Origin: Gammaproteobacteria bacterium
Lineage (GTDB): Bacteria > Pseudomonadota > Gammaproteobacteria > Ga0077536
Length of the DNA stretch: 64,000 nt
Assembly: GCA_963662545.2 (NCBI GenBank)
Contig: CAXXLL010000002.1
Coordinates: forward strand, 1,376,001 to 1,440,000
Direction of reading: 5' to 3'
Part shown: one piece after another, positions 28,240 through 36,533 of the stretch
How positions within the stretch are numbered: the stretch's first letter is position 1
How the letters are laid out: each line of letters begins with the position of its first letter
The notes under the pieces: generated by a model
The model's database searches: none
Told to the model about the DNA's origin: nothing
The model's input: only the letters and a program-made list of their open reading frames with translations
Made by a program: the position numbers and the translations under genes

Positions 28240-29063
28240 CGAATTAACGTCGAAGCGTTCGGATAAAAGAGCTGCTGGCCGTTCACCTCGAATGCGGCGA
28301 TGGCGCTCTGGCCGTCCGGGCTCAGCAACCAGTCGATAAAAGCCTGCCCTTCGGGCGCTTTGACGCGCGGGTGTTTTCCCGGGTTGACGAGGATTACGCC
28401 GTATTGATTGAAGAGCTTCGGATCGCCTTCGAACAGAATTTCGAAGTTCCGCTTATTCTTGAAACTCAGCCAGGTCGCGCGATCGGTCAGTGCATAGGCG
28501 TCCAAGCCGACGGCCACGTTCAAGGTCGTGCCCATACCGCTGCCGGTTTCGAGGTACCAGGTTCCGCTCACGCTCACAGCGTCGATGCCGGCTTCCGCCC
28601 ACAGCACCATTTCTTTCCTGTGCGTGCCGCTGTCGTCTCCGCGCGAGGTAAATATCTCCGCGTTTGCGGCGATACGCGCGAGCGCAGCGGACGCATTTGG
28701 CGCGTCGCGTATGCCTGCCGGGTCAGACGGCGGACCGACGATGACGAAATCGTTGAACATTAAATTGAAGCGGCGAACGCCGAAGCCCTCGGCGACGAAG
28801 GCTTCTTCCGCGTTTTTCGCATGCACGAGCAACACGTCACCGTCTCCGTTGCGGGCGTTCCGCAAGGCCTGCCCGGTGCCTACCGCGATGACGCGTACGT
28901 CGATTCCCGACTTTACTTTAAATAGGGGAATGAGGTGATCCAAGAGGCCTGAATTCTGCGTCGAGGTGGTGGACTGCAGAATAATGAAACGTTCTGCGCT
29001 GATTACGGTGAGTGATACCGCGGTGATCAAGGCGACGAGGAAGATGTTGAACAGTGAGCGCAT
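28236..29063 (-). CDS. tupA: Tungstate ABC transporter substrate-binding protein
   Basis: STTSTQNSGLL, VIAVGTGQAL, FNDFVIVGP, SRGDDSGTH, DRATW, LFNQYGVI. Confidence 0.92.
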   Translation of the reverse strand: MRSLFNIFLVALITAVSLTVISAERFIILQSTTSTQNSGLLDHLIPLFKVKSGIDVRVIAVGTGQALRNARNGDGDVLLVHAKNAEEAFVAEGFGVRRFNLMFNDFVIVGPPSDPAGIRDAPNASAALARIAANAEIFTSRGDDSGTHRKEMVLWAEAGIDAVSVSGTWYLETGSGMGTTLNVAVGLDAYALTDRATWLSFKNKRNFEILFEGDPKLFNQYGVILVNPGKHPRVKAPEGQAFIDWLLSPDGQSAIAAFEVNGQQLFYPNASTLIR

Positions 29064-29095
29064 GGCAGGGCAATTCGATTCGATGACGGCTTGAA

Positions 29096-29860
29096 TTACG
29101 CGACGAATGAGCCTTTGATAAAAGCGCGTGCGTTCTCGGATGCGGGTCGTTCAAAGAACTTTGTCGCGGACACGTGTTCGGCGACCTGACCGTCATGGAT
29201 GAAAATCACGTCAGCCCCCAGTCGTTGAGCCTGTGGCACGCTCTGGGTGACGAGTATGATCTTCGTTCCCCGGTCCCGGGCGTTTGTGATCAAGTCCTCG
29301 ATTGCACGTGCCGATGCCGGGTCGAGGCTCGCAGTCGGTTCATCCAGGAACAGAATTTCGGGCTCGACGCTCAACGCGCGGATGACCGCCAGGCGTTGAC
29401 GTTCGCCGCCGGAAAGCACCGCGGCCGGACGATCGGCCAAAAGGGTCAGGCCGGCCGCAGCTAGCAGACGCGTAAGACGCTCTTCGCGGACACGAGTCGA
29501 AGTGCCGTGAACCTTCATTGCATAGCGAACATTTTCTGCGGCAGAGCGGCGTAACATCACCGGGTGCTGCAAGACCATCGCCCGCCGCCGCGCCATGGCA
29601 GGTCGCGGTAAATCCAGAGCCCAGTTGATCGACCCCGTAGTGGGTTTGATGAGGCCGTGAAGCAGGCGTAACAGGACGGTTTTACCGGCGCCGTTGTAGC
29701 CCATGATGACCGTGCAGCCGCCCTGGTCGATGACGAGATCGATGTCACGCAGGATGTGGGTATCTCCTGCGCTGTAGCTAAGCCCGCATACCTCGACCGG
29801 CAGTATGGATCGTCCGCTACCGGACCTTTCGAATGGCAGTGCCAGTGTCGGGCTAACCAT
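29096..29860 (-). CDS. tupC: Tungstate ABC transporter ATP-binding protein
   Basis: GYNGAGKT, LSGGERQRLA, LDEPTASLDP; in an operon with tupA and tupB. Confidence 0.87.
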   Translation of the reverse strand: MVSPTLALPFERSGSGRSILPVEVCGLSYSAGDTHILRDIDLVIDQGGCTVIMGYNGAGKTVLLRLLHGLIKPTTGSINWALDLPRPAMARRRAMVLQHPVMLRRSAAENVRYAMKVHGTSTRVREERLTRLLAAAGLTLLADRPAAVLSGGERQRLAVIRALSVEPEILFLDEPTASLDPASARAIEDLITNARDRGTKIILVTQSVPQAQRLGADVIFIHDGQVAEHVSATKFFERPASENARAFIKGSFVA

Positions 29861-30560
29861 AGGCCACCTCCGGTTCGGTACGTTTCATTGCGACGACGGT
29901 TCCGTTGACGATCAGAGCAATGCACATCAGGACGATTCCCAGCGCCATCGCGAGGGCGAGATCACCGCGCGACGTTTCAAGCGCAATGGCCGTCGTCATG
30001 ACACGGGTCACGTGGTTGATGTTGCCGCCCACGATAATCACCGCGCCGACCTCGGCGATCGCCCGGCCAAAGGCGGCGAGGACGATAGTCGAGAGCGCAT
30101 ATCGAGCTTCGTAAAGAAGCGTTCGCAACTGACCGAACCCGTGGACACCGAGCGAACGCAATTGTTCATCATAACGAACATGAAGATCTTCAATTATTTG
30201 TCGGGAGAGCGCGGCGATGATGGGCGCGACGACGATGACCTGCGCGATGATCATCGCTTTCGGTGTGTACAACAGCTGAAGCCACCCGAACGGACCCGAA
30301 TTCGACAGCGTCATATAGACCAAGAGCCCTATCACGACCGGTGGTAGCCCCATGAGCGCATTGACGACTACGATGGCAACTGTCCGGCCCGTGAATCGAT
30401 AAGTTGCGAGCGCGGCGCCGAGGGGAAAGCCGATCACGCAGCCAATGACCACGGCCGAACCGCTGACCCGCAGCGACAACGCTACGATCTCGAACAGGTC
30501 GGCGTCGCCGGATGCGATCAGCGCGCCGGCAATGGTGAAGGCTTCACTGAATTCGAACAT
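29853..30560 (-). CDS. tupB: Tungstate ABC transporter permease
   Basis: NALMGLPPVVIGL, GRAIAEVGAVIIVGGNI..TRVMTTAIALETSRG. Confidence 0.92.
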   Translation of the reverse strand: MFEFSEAFTIAGALIASGDADLFEIVALSLRVSGSAVVIGCVIGFPLGAALATYRFTGRTVAIVVVNALMGLPPVVIGLLVYMTLSNSGPFGWLQLLYTPKAMIIAQVIVVAPIIAALSRQIIEDLHVRYDEQLRSLGVHGFGQLRTLLYEARYALSTIVLAAFGRAIAEVGAVIIVGGNINHVTRVMTTAIALETSRGDLALAMALGIVLMCIALIVNGTVVAMKRTEPEVAYG

Positions 30561-30571
30561 CTTGAACGCCT

Positions 30572-31975
30572 TTAGAAATTGAACAGAACTTGTGAGTAGA
30601 CGTAGGCGACATCGCCTTCGCCGTTGGCATTGGGCGCGTCATCCATGAAGCCACCGGCGAAGAGGTGCGCGACCCCGGTTTCGAAACGATAGCTTCCGGG
30701 TACCACTTCCCACCGGAACCGCGCTTCAATCTGGTGGCCGATAAAACTTCCCGATCGCCCGCTTACATCTCGAACGCCGCTCGTCGTCCAGGCGTCTTGA
30801 TCCGACGCCAGCCAGTAAGCGCGATGGGCAATGAACACATCCACGTCCCGGGCCGGCCTCAATTTCAGTCTGATGCCAGGCGTGCTCAGGTTGTTGCGCA
30901 GAAAGGGCCCATAGATCCCGGTCGGACCGAAATCAAAACGGCGGGCGCCGAACAGGGTATCGAAACGTTCGTTGTTGCCGTCGGCGGGATCATCGTCTCC
31001 GCTGGCATAGTCATATTGTGCGATCAGCCGTGGGGACCAGGGAGCGTCGAAGGTGTATCCGATCTCGACGTGCTGAAAATACGCGAGGTGATCGAGATCG
31101 CGTGTGTTCGATGCGATGCTCGACGAGCGTGATTGGCCGATTTGAAACACGGACTCCAGCAAATAGTCGACCCGGCCTGCGGACGGTGGTCGGTAAAATC
31201 TGAGGCCGGGCATGTAATATTCGCGGTTTCTCGTCGAGCGCCCGTCCGCATCGTGTTCGTCCAGACCCAAGAAAAAGACCTCTCCCCGGAGCGCGCCCGG
31301 TAGTTCGGCGAATGCGTAATAAACCCCCCAGAATCGAACTTCGACATCTTCCTCGTCGAATTCGATATCGTTATCCAACAGGTCTACTCGTGTATTCGGT
31401 TTGCGACTGACGGGCAATGTGTAGAAAGCCTGAAAGTGCCTCCCGGCCGGGCCGCGCCAGTTCCATTCAACGCCAGTGAAGGTGTTGATCGTGTTGCGGT
31501 ACAGGCTGCGTGCAACCAGCCTGCGACTGCCGACGTCCAGGGTGAGCCGGCCGGCGCGAAGTTCGCTGCGATCACCGGGTGAGAACAGGTTCGACACATT
31601 CCATCTTACGTAGCCCTGGAGGAGTTCGATCGGGTTGATGAGTGTCGTACTCAGCGTGGACGCACGGTCGTTGAGATAGGCGCGGGAATCGATCACTTCG
31701 ATGCCGAGACGGAGTTTGTCTAACTTGATCTCGGTCAGCAGTATCGTGCGCAATGCCACCGCTTGATCGCCGCCGTCCAGTGTGGCGCGGAACTGCCCGT
31801 CCAGTGATTCATACCGAGTCCGGTGCGAACCGCTGATGCTGAACCAGTCGGGTAGGGCGGCAGCGGCGTCGATACGCCACGGCTGCCGTTCTTCCGCAAC
31901 GGTCGCTGAGACGGCCGTGACCGCGAGCAGGGCCGCGGCGATGATTGGAATGAATAAATATGAAATCTTATTCAT
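30572..31975 (-). CDS. Alginate-export-family outer-membrane beta-barrel (likely oxyanion channel)
   Basis: Signal peptide, RTRYESLDGQFR, GSRRLVAR..YRNTINTFTG, YDYASGD, FDTLFGARRFDFGPTG, C-terminal Phe. Confidence 0.85.
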   Translation of the reverse strand: MNKISYLFIPIIAAALLAVTAVSATVAEERQPWRIDAAAALPDWFSISGSHRTRYESLDGQFRATLDGGDQAVALRTILLTEIKLDKLRLGIEVIDSRAYLNDRASTLSTTLINPIELLQGYVRWNVSNLFSPGDRSELRAGRLTLDVGSRRLVARSLYRNTINTFTGVEWNWRGPAGRHFQAFYTLPVSRKPNTRVDLLDNDIEFDEEDVEVRFWGVYYAFAELPGALRGEVFFLGLDEHDADGRSTRNREYYMPGLRFYRPPSAGRVDYLLESVFQIGQSRSSSIASNTRDLDHLAYFQHVEIGYTFDAPWSPRLIAQYDYASGDDDPADGNNERFDTLFGARRFDFGPTGIYGPFLRNNLSTPGIRLKLRPARDVDVFIAHRAYWLASDQDAWTTSGVRDVSGRSGSFIGHQIEARFRWEVVPGSYRFETGVAHLFAGGFMDDAPNANGEGDVAYVYSQVLFNF

Positions 31976-32039
31976 ATTCGTATAGGGTGCGTATGATGTT
32001 CAAAAGCTCATCATGGATTTTAGTCGATAAATTATGGGT

Positions 32040-32069
32040 TCTAAATATGTTATTTAAAACATATTTAGA
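32040..32069. promoter_or_regulatory. Palindromic operator in the tup / yqeC divergent promoter
   Basis: TCTAAATATGTT-ATTTAA-AACATATTTAGA: perfect 12-bp arms in an AT-rich intergenic region. Confidence 0.75.
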
Positions 32070-32087
32070 GTGCGGCATTGGTTCGTT

Positions 32088-32834
32088 ATGGACCCGCTCC
32101 TGAGCGCTTTGAACGCAACCCGCGGCGTCGTTTGCATGGTTGGCGCGGGCGGCAAGAAGACCACGATGTATGCCCTTGCTCGCGCGCATCCGGGCCGGGT
32201 CGCACTGTCATCGACGTCGCACATGTACGAATACGACGAGGCCGAGGTCGATGCGGTCGTCCACCTCGGCGAGGACCTCTTATCAGAAGTTCCGTGTGGG
32301 CGCGTGCTCGCCTTCGCCGGCCCGACGGACACCCCCCGGCGGGTCGGCGGTCTGCAGCCCGCACAAATCGAGGCCATCTGGCGCGGGGGTGAATTCGATC
32401 TTTTCATCATCAAAGCCGACGGCGCGCGAGCGCGGTGGATCAAGGCGCCGGCTGCCTATGAACCGGTCGTGCCCGGTTTCACCGATACGGTCATTCCCGT
32501 CATCTCGGCGCGCGTGATCGGCCACACGCTGGCCGCCGGAATTGCCCACCGTCCGGATCTCGCGGCTGAGCTCATGGGGATTTCCCTGGCGACACCCATC
32601 GAACCCGAGCATCTGGCGCGTTTATTGAGTTCGCCGGAGGGGTCCTTGAAAGGCGTCGGCGGCGCCACCGTCGTGCCTTTGATCAACATGGTCGACGACG
32701 CGGCCATTCACCGCGCCGCGCGCACGGCTGCCCTTGCTGCTCTCAAGGCAACCTCGCGTTTCTCCAGGGTCGTACTTGCATCGATGAAGACACGAAGAAT
32801 CGTGGAAATCGTCGAGCGCGGCACCAGCGCGTGA
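32088..32834 (+). CDS. yqeC: Selenium cofactor biosynthesis protein YqeC
   Basis: VCMVGAGGKKTTMYALA, SSTSHM, IKADGARARWIKAPAAYEPVVP. Confidence 0.82.
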   Translation: MDPLLSALNATRGVVCMVGAGGKKTTMYALARAHPGRVALSSTSHMYEYDEAEVDAVVHLGEDLLSEVPCGRVLAFAGPTDTPRRVGGLQPAQIEAIWRGGEFDLFIIKADGARARWIKAPAAYEPVVPGFTDTVIPVISARVIGHTLAAGIAHRPDLAAELMGISLATPIEPEHLARLLSSPEGSLKGVGGATVVPLINMVDDAAIHRAARTAALAALKATSRFSRVVLASMKTRRIVEIVERGTSA

Positions 32835-33886
32835 AGCCGATGGAGGTGTCGTTCGATCTTTCCTGGCGCATTACGGCCGGCGGCGCTGACTATCCGGTCG
32901 CGGACTTGTTGTTCAAGCTGCTCGACGGTATTCGCCGTGGTGGCCACCTGCAATATGCGGCGCGCGAAGCAAGGGTTTCTTACCGTCATGCATGGGGATT
33001 TATCCGCACCTGGGAGGGACGTTTGGGGCGACGCCTGGTGACGCTCCAGCGGGGACGCGGGGCGAGTCTCACCCGGGCGGGGCAGACCCTACTCGAGGCG
33101 TACGAGGGTGCCACCGAGCAGACCGACCGCAAGCTTAAGCGTGCCGCCGCCTGGACCACGGCGCGTTTGGCCCGCTCGTTCGCGGACCCGACGGCGCCGT
33201 GCACCATCGTATCCAGCCATAGCGAGGCCGTTCACCGCTTGCGTGAGGCCTTAGTCGAACGGCAAATCGAAGTGGCTCTGGATATCGTCGGGAGCGAAGG
33301 CGCGCTGCGTCGTTATCAACGCGGCGATGCGGATGCCGCCGGATTTCATTTGCCACTCGGTGCGCTCGGCGGCGTCCTGGGAAAGCTGATGTTGGGGATG
33401 CTCGATCCGGCGCGGGACCAAATCTATTTTCTCGAAAAGCGGACGCTCGGCCTGATGTCGCGTCCTGATAAGGTGTGCCGCGATCTCGGCGCACTCGTCG
33501 CAGGGCGGCAGATTTTCGTAAACCGGCAATCGGGATCCGGTACCCGTTTGGTTTTCGACGGTTTAATTGGAATGGCCGGAATTGCACCCGGCGACGTAGT
33601 CGGATATGGCAACGAGGAACACACGCATACGGCCGTCGCCGCCCTCGTGGCATGTGCCGGCGCTGATGCCGGCTTTGGCACCGAGGCTGCCGCGGCATCG
33701 ATGCGCCTGCATTTTGAACCGGTGGTGGAAGAGCACGTTTATCTGGCGATCAGACGTGATATTTCCAGTGCCGCCGCGCGCTTGATCGACGGGTTTTGCG
33801 AGGCCGTAGACATCTCAACTACGGCGCTTGACTCGCCGCGTCTCTCATTGGCCGCATTGCGCAGCTTGCACAGCGTTGCCAATTGA
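32831..33886 (+). CDS. ModE-type HTH plus periplasmic-binding-like domain regulator (FdsR-like)
   Basis: AAREARVSYRHAWG...GRGASLT; FVNRQSGSGTR, EEHTHTAVAALVA. Confidence 0.85.
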   Translation: MKPMEVSFDLSWRITAGGADYPVADLLFKLLDGIRRGGHLQYAAREARVSYRHAWGFIRTWEGRLGRRLVTLQRGRGASLTRAGQTLLEAYEGATEQTDRKLKRAAAWTTARLARSFADPTAPCTIVSSHSEAVHRLREALVERQIEVALDIVGSEGALRRYQRGDADAAGFHLPLGALGGVLGKLMLGMLDPARDQIYFLEKRTLGLMSRPDKVCRDLGALVAGRQIFVNRQSGSGTRLVFDGLIGMAGIAPGDVVGYGNEEHTHTAVAALVACAGADAGFGTEAAAASMRLHFEPVVEEHVYLAIRRDISSAAARLIDGFCEAVDISTTALDSPRLSLAALRSLHSVAN

Positions 33887-33887
33887 A

Positions 33888-35081
33888 TCAGCCATTTAGC
33901 GTACGACCCATCGACTCGATGAAGTACTCCAGATTGCCGGGATTGATCCCCGCGACGTTAATGCGGCTCGAATCGACCATGTAGATGCCGAATTCTTCGC
34001 GCAAACGTGCGATTTGTTCCGGCGAGATGCCGAGGAAGGAAAACATGCCGCGCTGATCACGGATAAATCCGAAATCACGGCCGGTGGTTTCACTCAGTCG
34101 GCCCGCCAGCAGTGCCCGCAGACCGTTGATGCGCTCGCGCATTTGGGTCAGTTCCTCGATCCACGACGCGTTCATGGCTTCGTCGTTCAATATCGTCTCG
34201 ACGATGGCGGCGCCGTGCGACGGCGGCATCGAATAAATGCCGCGTACGACGGATTCGAGTTGACTCTGAACGGTTGCTGCCCCTTCGATGTCGCGGGCCA
34301 CGATTTGAAGCGCACCCACACGCTCGCGATAAAGCCCGAAATTCTTGGAACAAGAACTCGCAACGATCAGCTCTGCACACGCGTCCGCGAGTACCCGAAC
34401 ACCGTGAGCGTCTTCCACCAGTCCATCACCGAGGCCTTGATAGGCCAGGTCAAGGAATGGTGTGAGGCCGCGATCGTTGACGATGTCGGCGACCCTTGCC
34501 CAGTGCTCGGCCTTCAGATCGACGCCCGAGGGGTTGTGGCAGCAGCCGTGCATCAGGACGACGTCGCCGGGCTTGGCCTCGCCCAATCCAGCCATCATGG
34601 CTTCTGCGTTGAGACCGTGAGTTGTGCTGTCGTAGTAGGGGTAGGGCTTGATGTTCAAGCCGGCGCTGCCCAGCAAGGGAATGTGATTGGCCCAGGTCGG
34701 GTCGCTGACCCAGACGGTCGTGTCGGGCCGCGCGCGCTTGAGCAACTCCGCCGCGACGCGCAGCGCACCGCAGCCGCCGGGCGTCTGCACGCCGGCTAGA
34801 CGTTGCTCCGACAGCACCGCATGGTTGCGGCCGAACATAAGCTGTCGTATTGCCTGGTTGAAACCCGGTGTTCCCGGTGGCCCGATATAACTCTTGGTCT
34901 GTTCCGTCTCGATGTGGTGTTGTTGTGCCTCGCGAACCGCTCGCAGGATCGGCGTCTCACCGGACGCGTCGCGATAAACGCCGACACCGAGATCGATCTT
35001 TTGCGGATGCGGATCCGCGCGGTACGCGCCCATCAGCCCGAGAATGGGATCCGGCGGCAACGTATCCAGTAATTCGAACAT
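33888..35081 (-). CDS. Aspartate / aromatic amino acid aminotransferase (AspC/TyrB family)
   Basis: DPILGL, KIDLGVGVY, QTPGGCGAL, HGCCHNPSG, DLAYQG, SCSKNFGLYRERVG, GMFS. Confidence 0.95.
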   Translation of the reverse strand: MFELLDTLPPDPILGLMGAYRADPHPQKIDLGVGVYRDASGETPILRAVREAQQHHIETEQTKSYIGPPGTPGFNQAIRQLMFGRNHAVLSEQRLAGVQTPGGCGALRVAAELLKRARPDTTVWVSDPTWANHIPLLGSAGLNIKPYPYYDSTTHGLNAEAMMAGLGEAKPGDVVLMHGCCHNPSGVDLKAEHWARVADIVNDRGLTPFLDLAYQGLGDGLVEDAHGVRVLADACAELIVASSCSKNFGLYRERVGALQIVARDIEGAATVQSQLESVVRGIYSMPPSHGAAIVETILNDEAMNASWIEELTQMRERINGLRALLAGRLSETTGRDFGFIRDQRGMFSFLGISPEQIARLREEFGIYMVDSSRINVAGINPGNLEYFIESMGRTLNG

Positions 35082-35127
35082 CGAACGCTCCTGGGGAGGA
35101 TCCCCAGGGCGGTAGTGTAAGGGGAGC

Positions 35128-35580
35128 TCAGCGCTCGAAACAGCGCTGACGGGCCGACGCGACCCTCAGTGCATCGATCTCCACCTGGCGTTGCGGGTCG
35201 GCATTGGCCTCGGTGTATGTGGCCAAAGCGTTGTAAGCGAAGTAGTAGAACGCAGGTGTCCAGATAGCGCCCAGAAAGACACTGGTGCCGTTGCGTGGAT
35301 CGTCCCAGAAAGTCGGCCGGTAATCGAGACGCTCCTGGATCAACCCGACCCGTCGCGCGTACAACTCGCGGCAGTCGAGATCCATGGGGCTCATCGCAGA
35401 GGGCCGCTTCGGCCCAACCAACAAATCGTGCGCATCACGAACGCGATCACGTGCGAACCGTTCGGCTTGTTCGCGGTAAATCGACATCGATGAAGGCGCC
35501 GCGGTTTCCACCGCCGCAACCGTGGCTACAAAGCTTAGCAGGAGTGTAATTAGGGATAAGCGTCGCATCGCCGGTCTCAT
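35128..35580 (-). CDS. Exported hypothetical protein
   Basis: Signal peptide, LDCRELY motif and a C-terminal Cys; fills the gap between aspC and the DUF992 gene. Confidence 0.6.
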   Translation of the reverse strand: MRPAMRRLSLITLLLSFVATVAAVETAAPSSMSIYREQAERFARDRVRDAHDLLVGPKRPSAMSPMDLDCRELYARRVGLIQERLDYRPTFWDDPRNGTSVFLGAIWTPAFYYFAYNALATYTEANADPQRQVEIDALRVASARQRCFER

Positions 35581-35696
35581 TCGATGAGCTGCAAATGATG
35601 TCGGCCAAGATCACGGTTTCTTTAACGCGTGGGTGGCTAGTACCCCTTCAGGCCACGGTGGCTGCGCGATACCGCAGCCACCGTGATTTCTCTATG

Positions 35697-36188
35697 TTAC
35701 GGAGCCGCTTCGATGTAGAGGAACGACAGGCCGCCGGAAGCGCCGAAGCCCTTGCTCGTCTCGAGTACCAGCGGCTGCAGCCCGATATTTTTGGCGCCGC
35801 CGCCGATCAGCGCTTTGGCGCCGAGACCGAGGCCGACCGCTGCCGATAGCTCGCCGCCGACGTAACGGCCGGCGAGGGCCTTGGCACCGGGACTCACATC
35901 GGCGGATGCAGCGAACACGGTAAAGGCCATTTTTTCATCTGTCCTGAAGGACAGATCGAGGCCCAGCGCGATGCCGGTTTCACCGACGTAATTTTCCGAA
36001 GTGCCGCCCTTGGCGTATACGCAGTTGACGTCCGCAGTGGAACGGATCAGCAGATTGACGCGCGAACCGGGAACGACCGAGCAGGTCAAGACACCGATTT
36101 CGATGCCACCCTGTGCCTGCGCAGAGCCAAAGGGGACCCATGCGAATACCGTGGCCATGATGAGTGCCAGAACGTTTCCTAACTTCAT
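35697..36188 (-). CDS. DUF992-like exported protein
   Basis: IGVLTC...VNCVY, GIALGLDL, LAGRYVG, GLGAKALIGG, LQPL. Confidence 0.85.
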   Translation of the reverse strand: MKLGNVLALIMATVFAWVPFGSAQAQGGIEIGVLTCSVVPGSRVNLLIRSTADVNCVYAKGGTSENYVGETGIALGLDLSFRTDEKMAFTVFAASADVSPGAKALAGRYVGGELSAAVGLGLGAKALIGGGAKNIGLQPLVLETSKGFGASGGLSFLYIEAAP

Positions 36189-36425
36189 CGTTTCTTCCTC
36201 TTAGATTTTTGGGAGCAAGTTTTAAAACGGGGGTTTCCAAACTCGCTGGACGCGTCAATCGCGTCGGACGGATGGATTCTCGCAACCGCTTTACCCTTTG
36301 TCCAGACGCGTCGGTCAAAGTGCCGTGTGATCGGTCGCGTGGCGTTAATCTGTTCATATTCGGTTCGTGTTTGGTTAAGGAATTTTTTTTCGCCGCGACG
36401 TGACGCGGTGTGATTCCCGTTAGAG

Positions 36426-36453
36426 AGGAATCGCCCGCTTGCGGGCGATTCCT
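36426..36453. repeat. REP-like palindromic hairpin upstream of dnaE2
   Basis: AGGAATCGCCCG-CTTG-CGGGCGATTCCT; an inverted, degenerate copy lies at 39637-39661. Confidence 0.65.
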
Positions 36454-36495
36454 TATATCAGCGGCCTCGACTCCGGTTGACGTGTCTTCCATATA

Positions 36496-36511
36496 CTGTA
36501 TAAATATACAG
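36496..36511. promoter_or_regulatory. LexA (SOS) box overlapping the dnaE2 promoter
   Basis: TA-CTGTATAAATATACAG-TA (CTGT-N8-ACAG); TTGACG -35 hexamer at 36477-36482. Confidence 0.92.
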
Positions 36512-36533
36512 TAGTCAGACCAAGAACACGCCC

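Noticed and set aside
35090-35110. Hairpin CCTGGGGA-GGA-TCCCCAGG partly covering the aminotransferase ribosome-binding site
   Set aside because: A single stem with no further support. It could be the terminator of the upstream gene, so there is not enough evidence to call a regulatory RNA.
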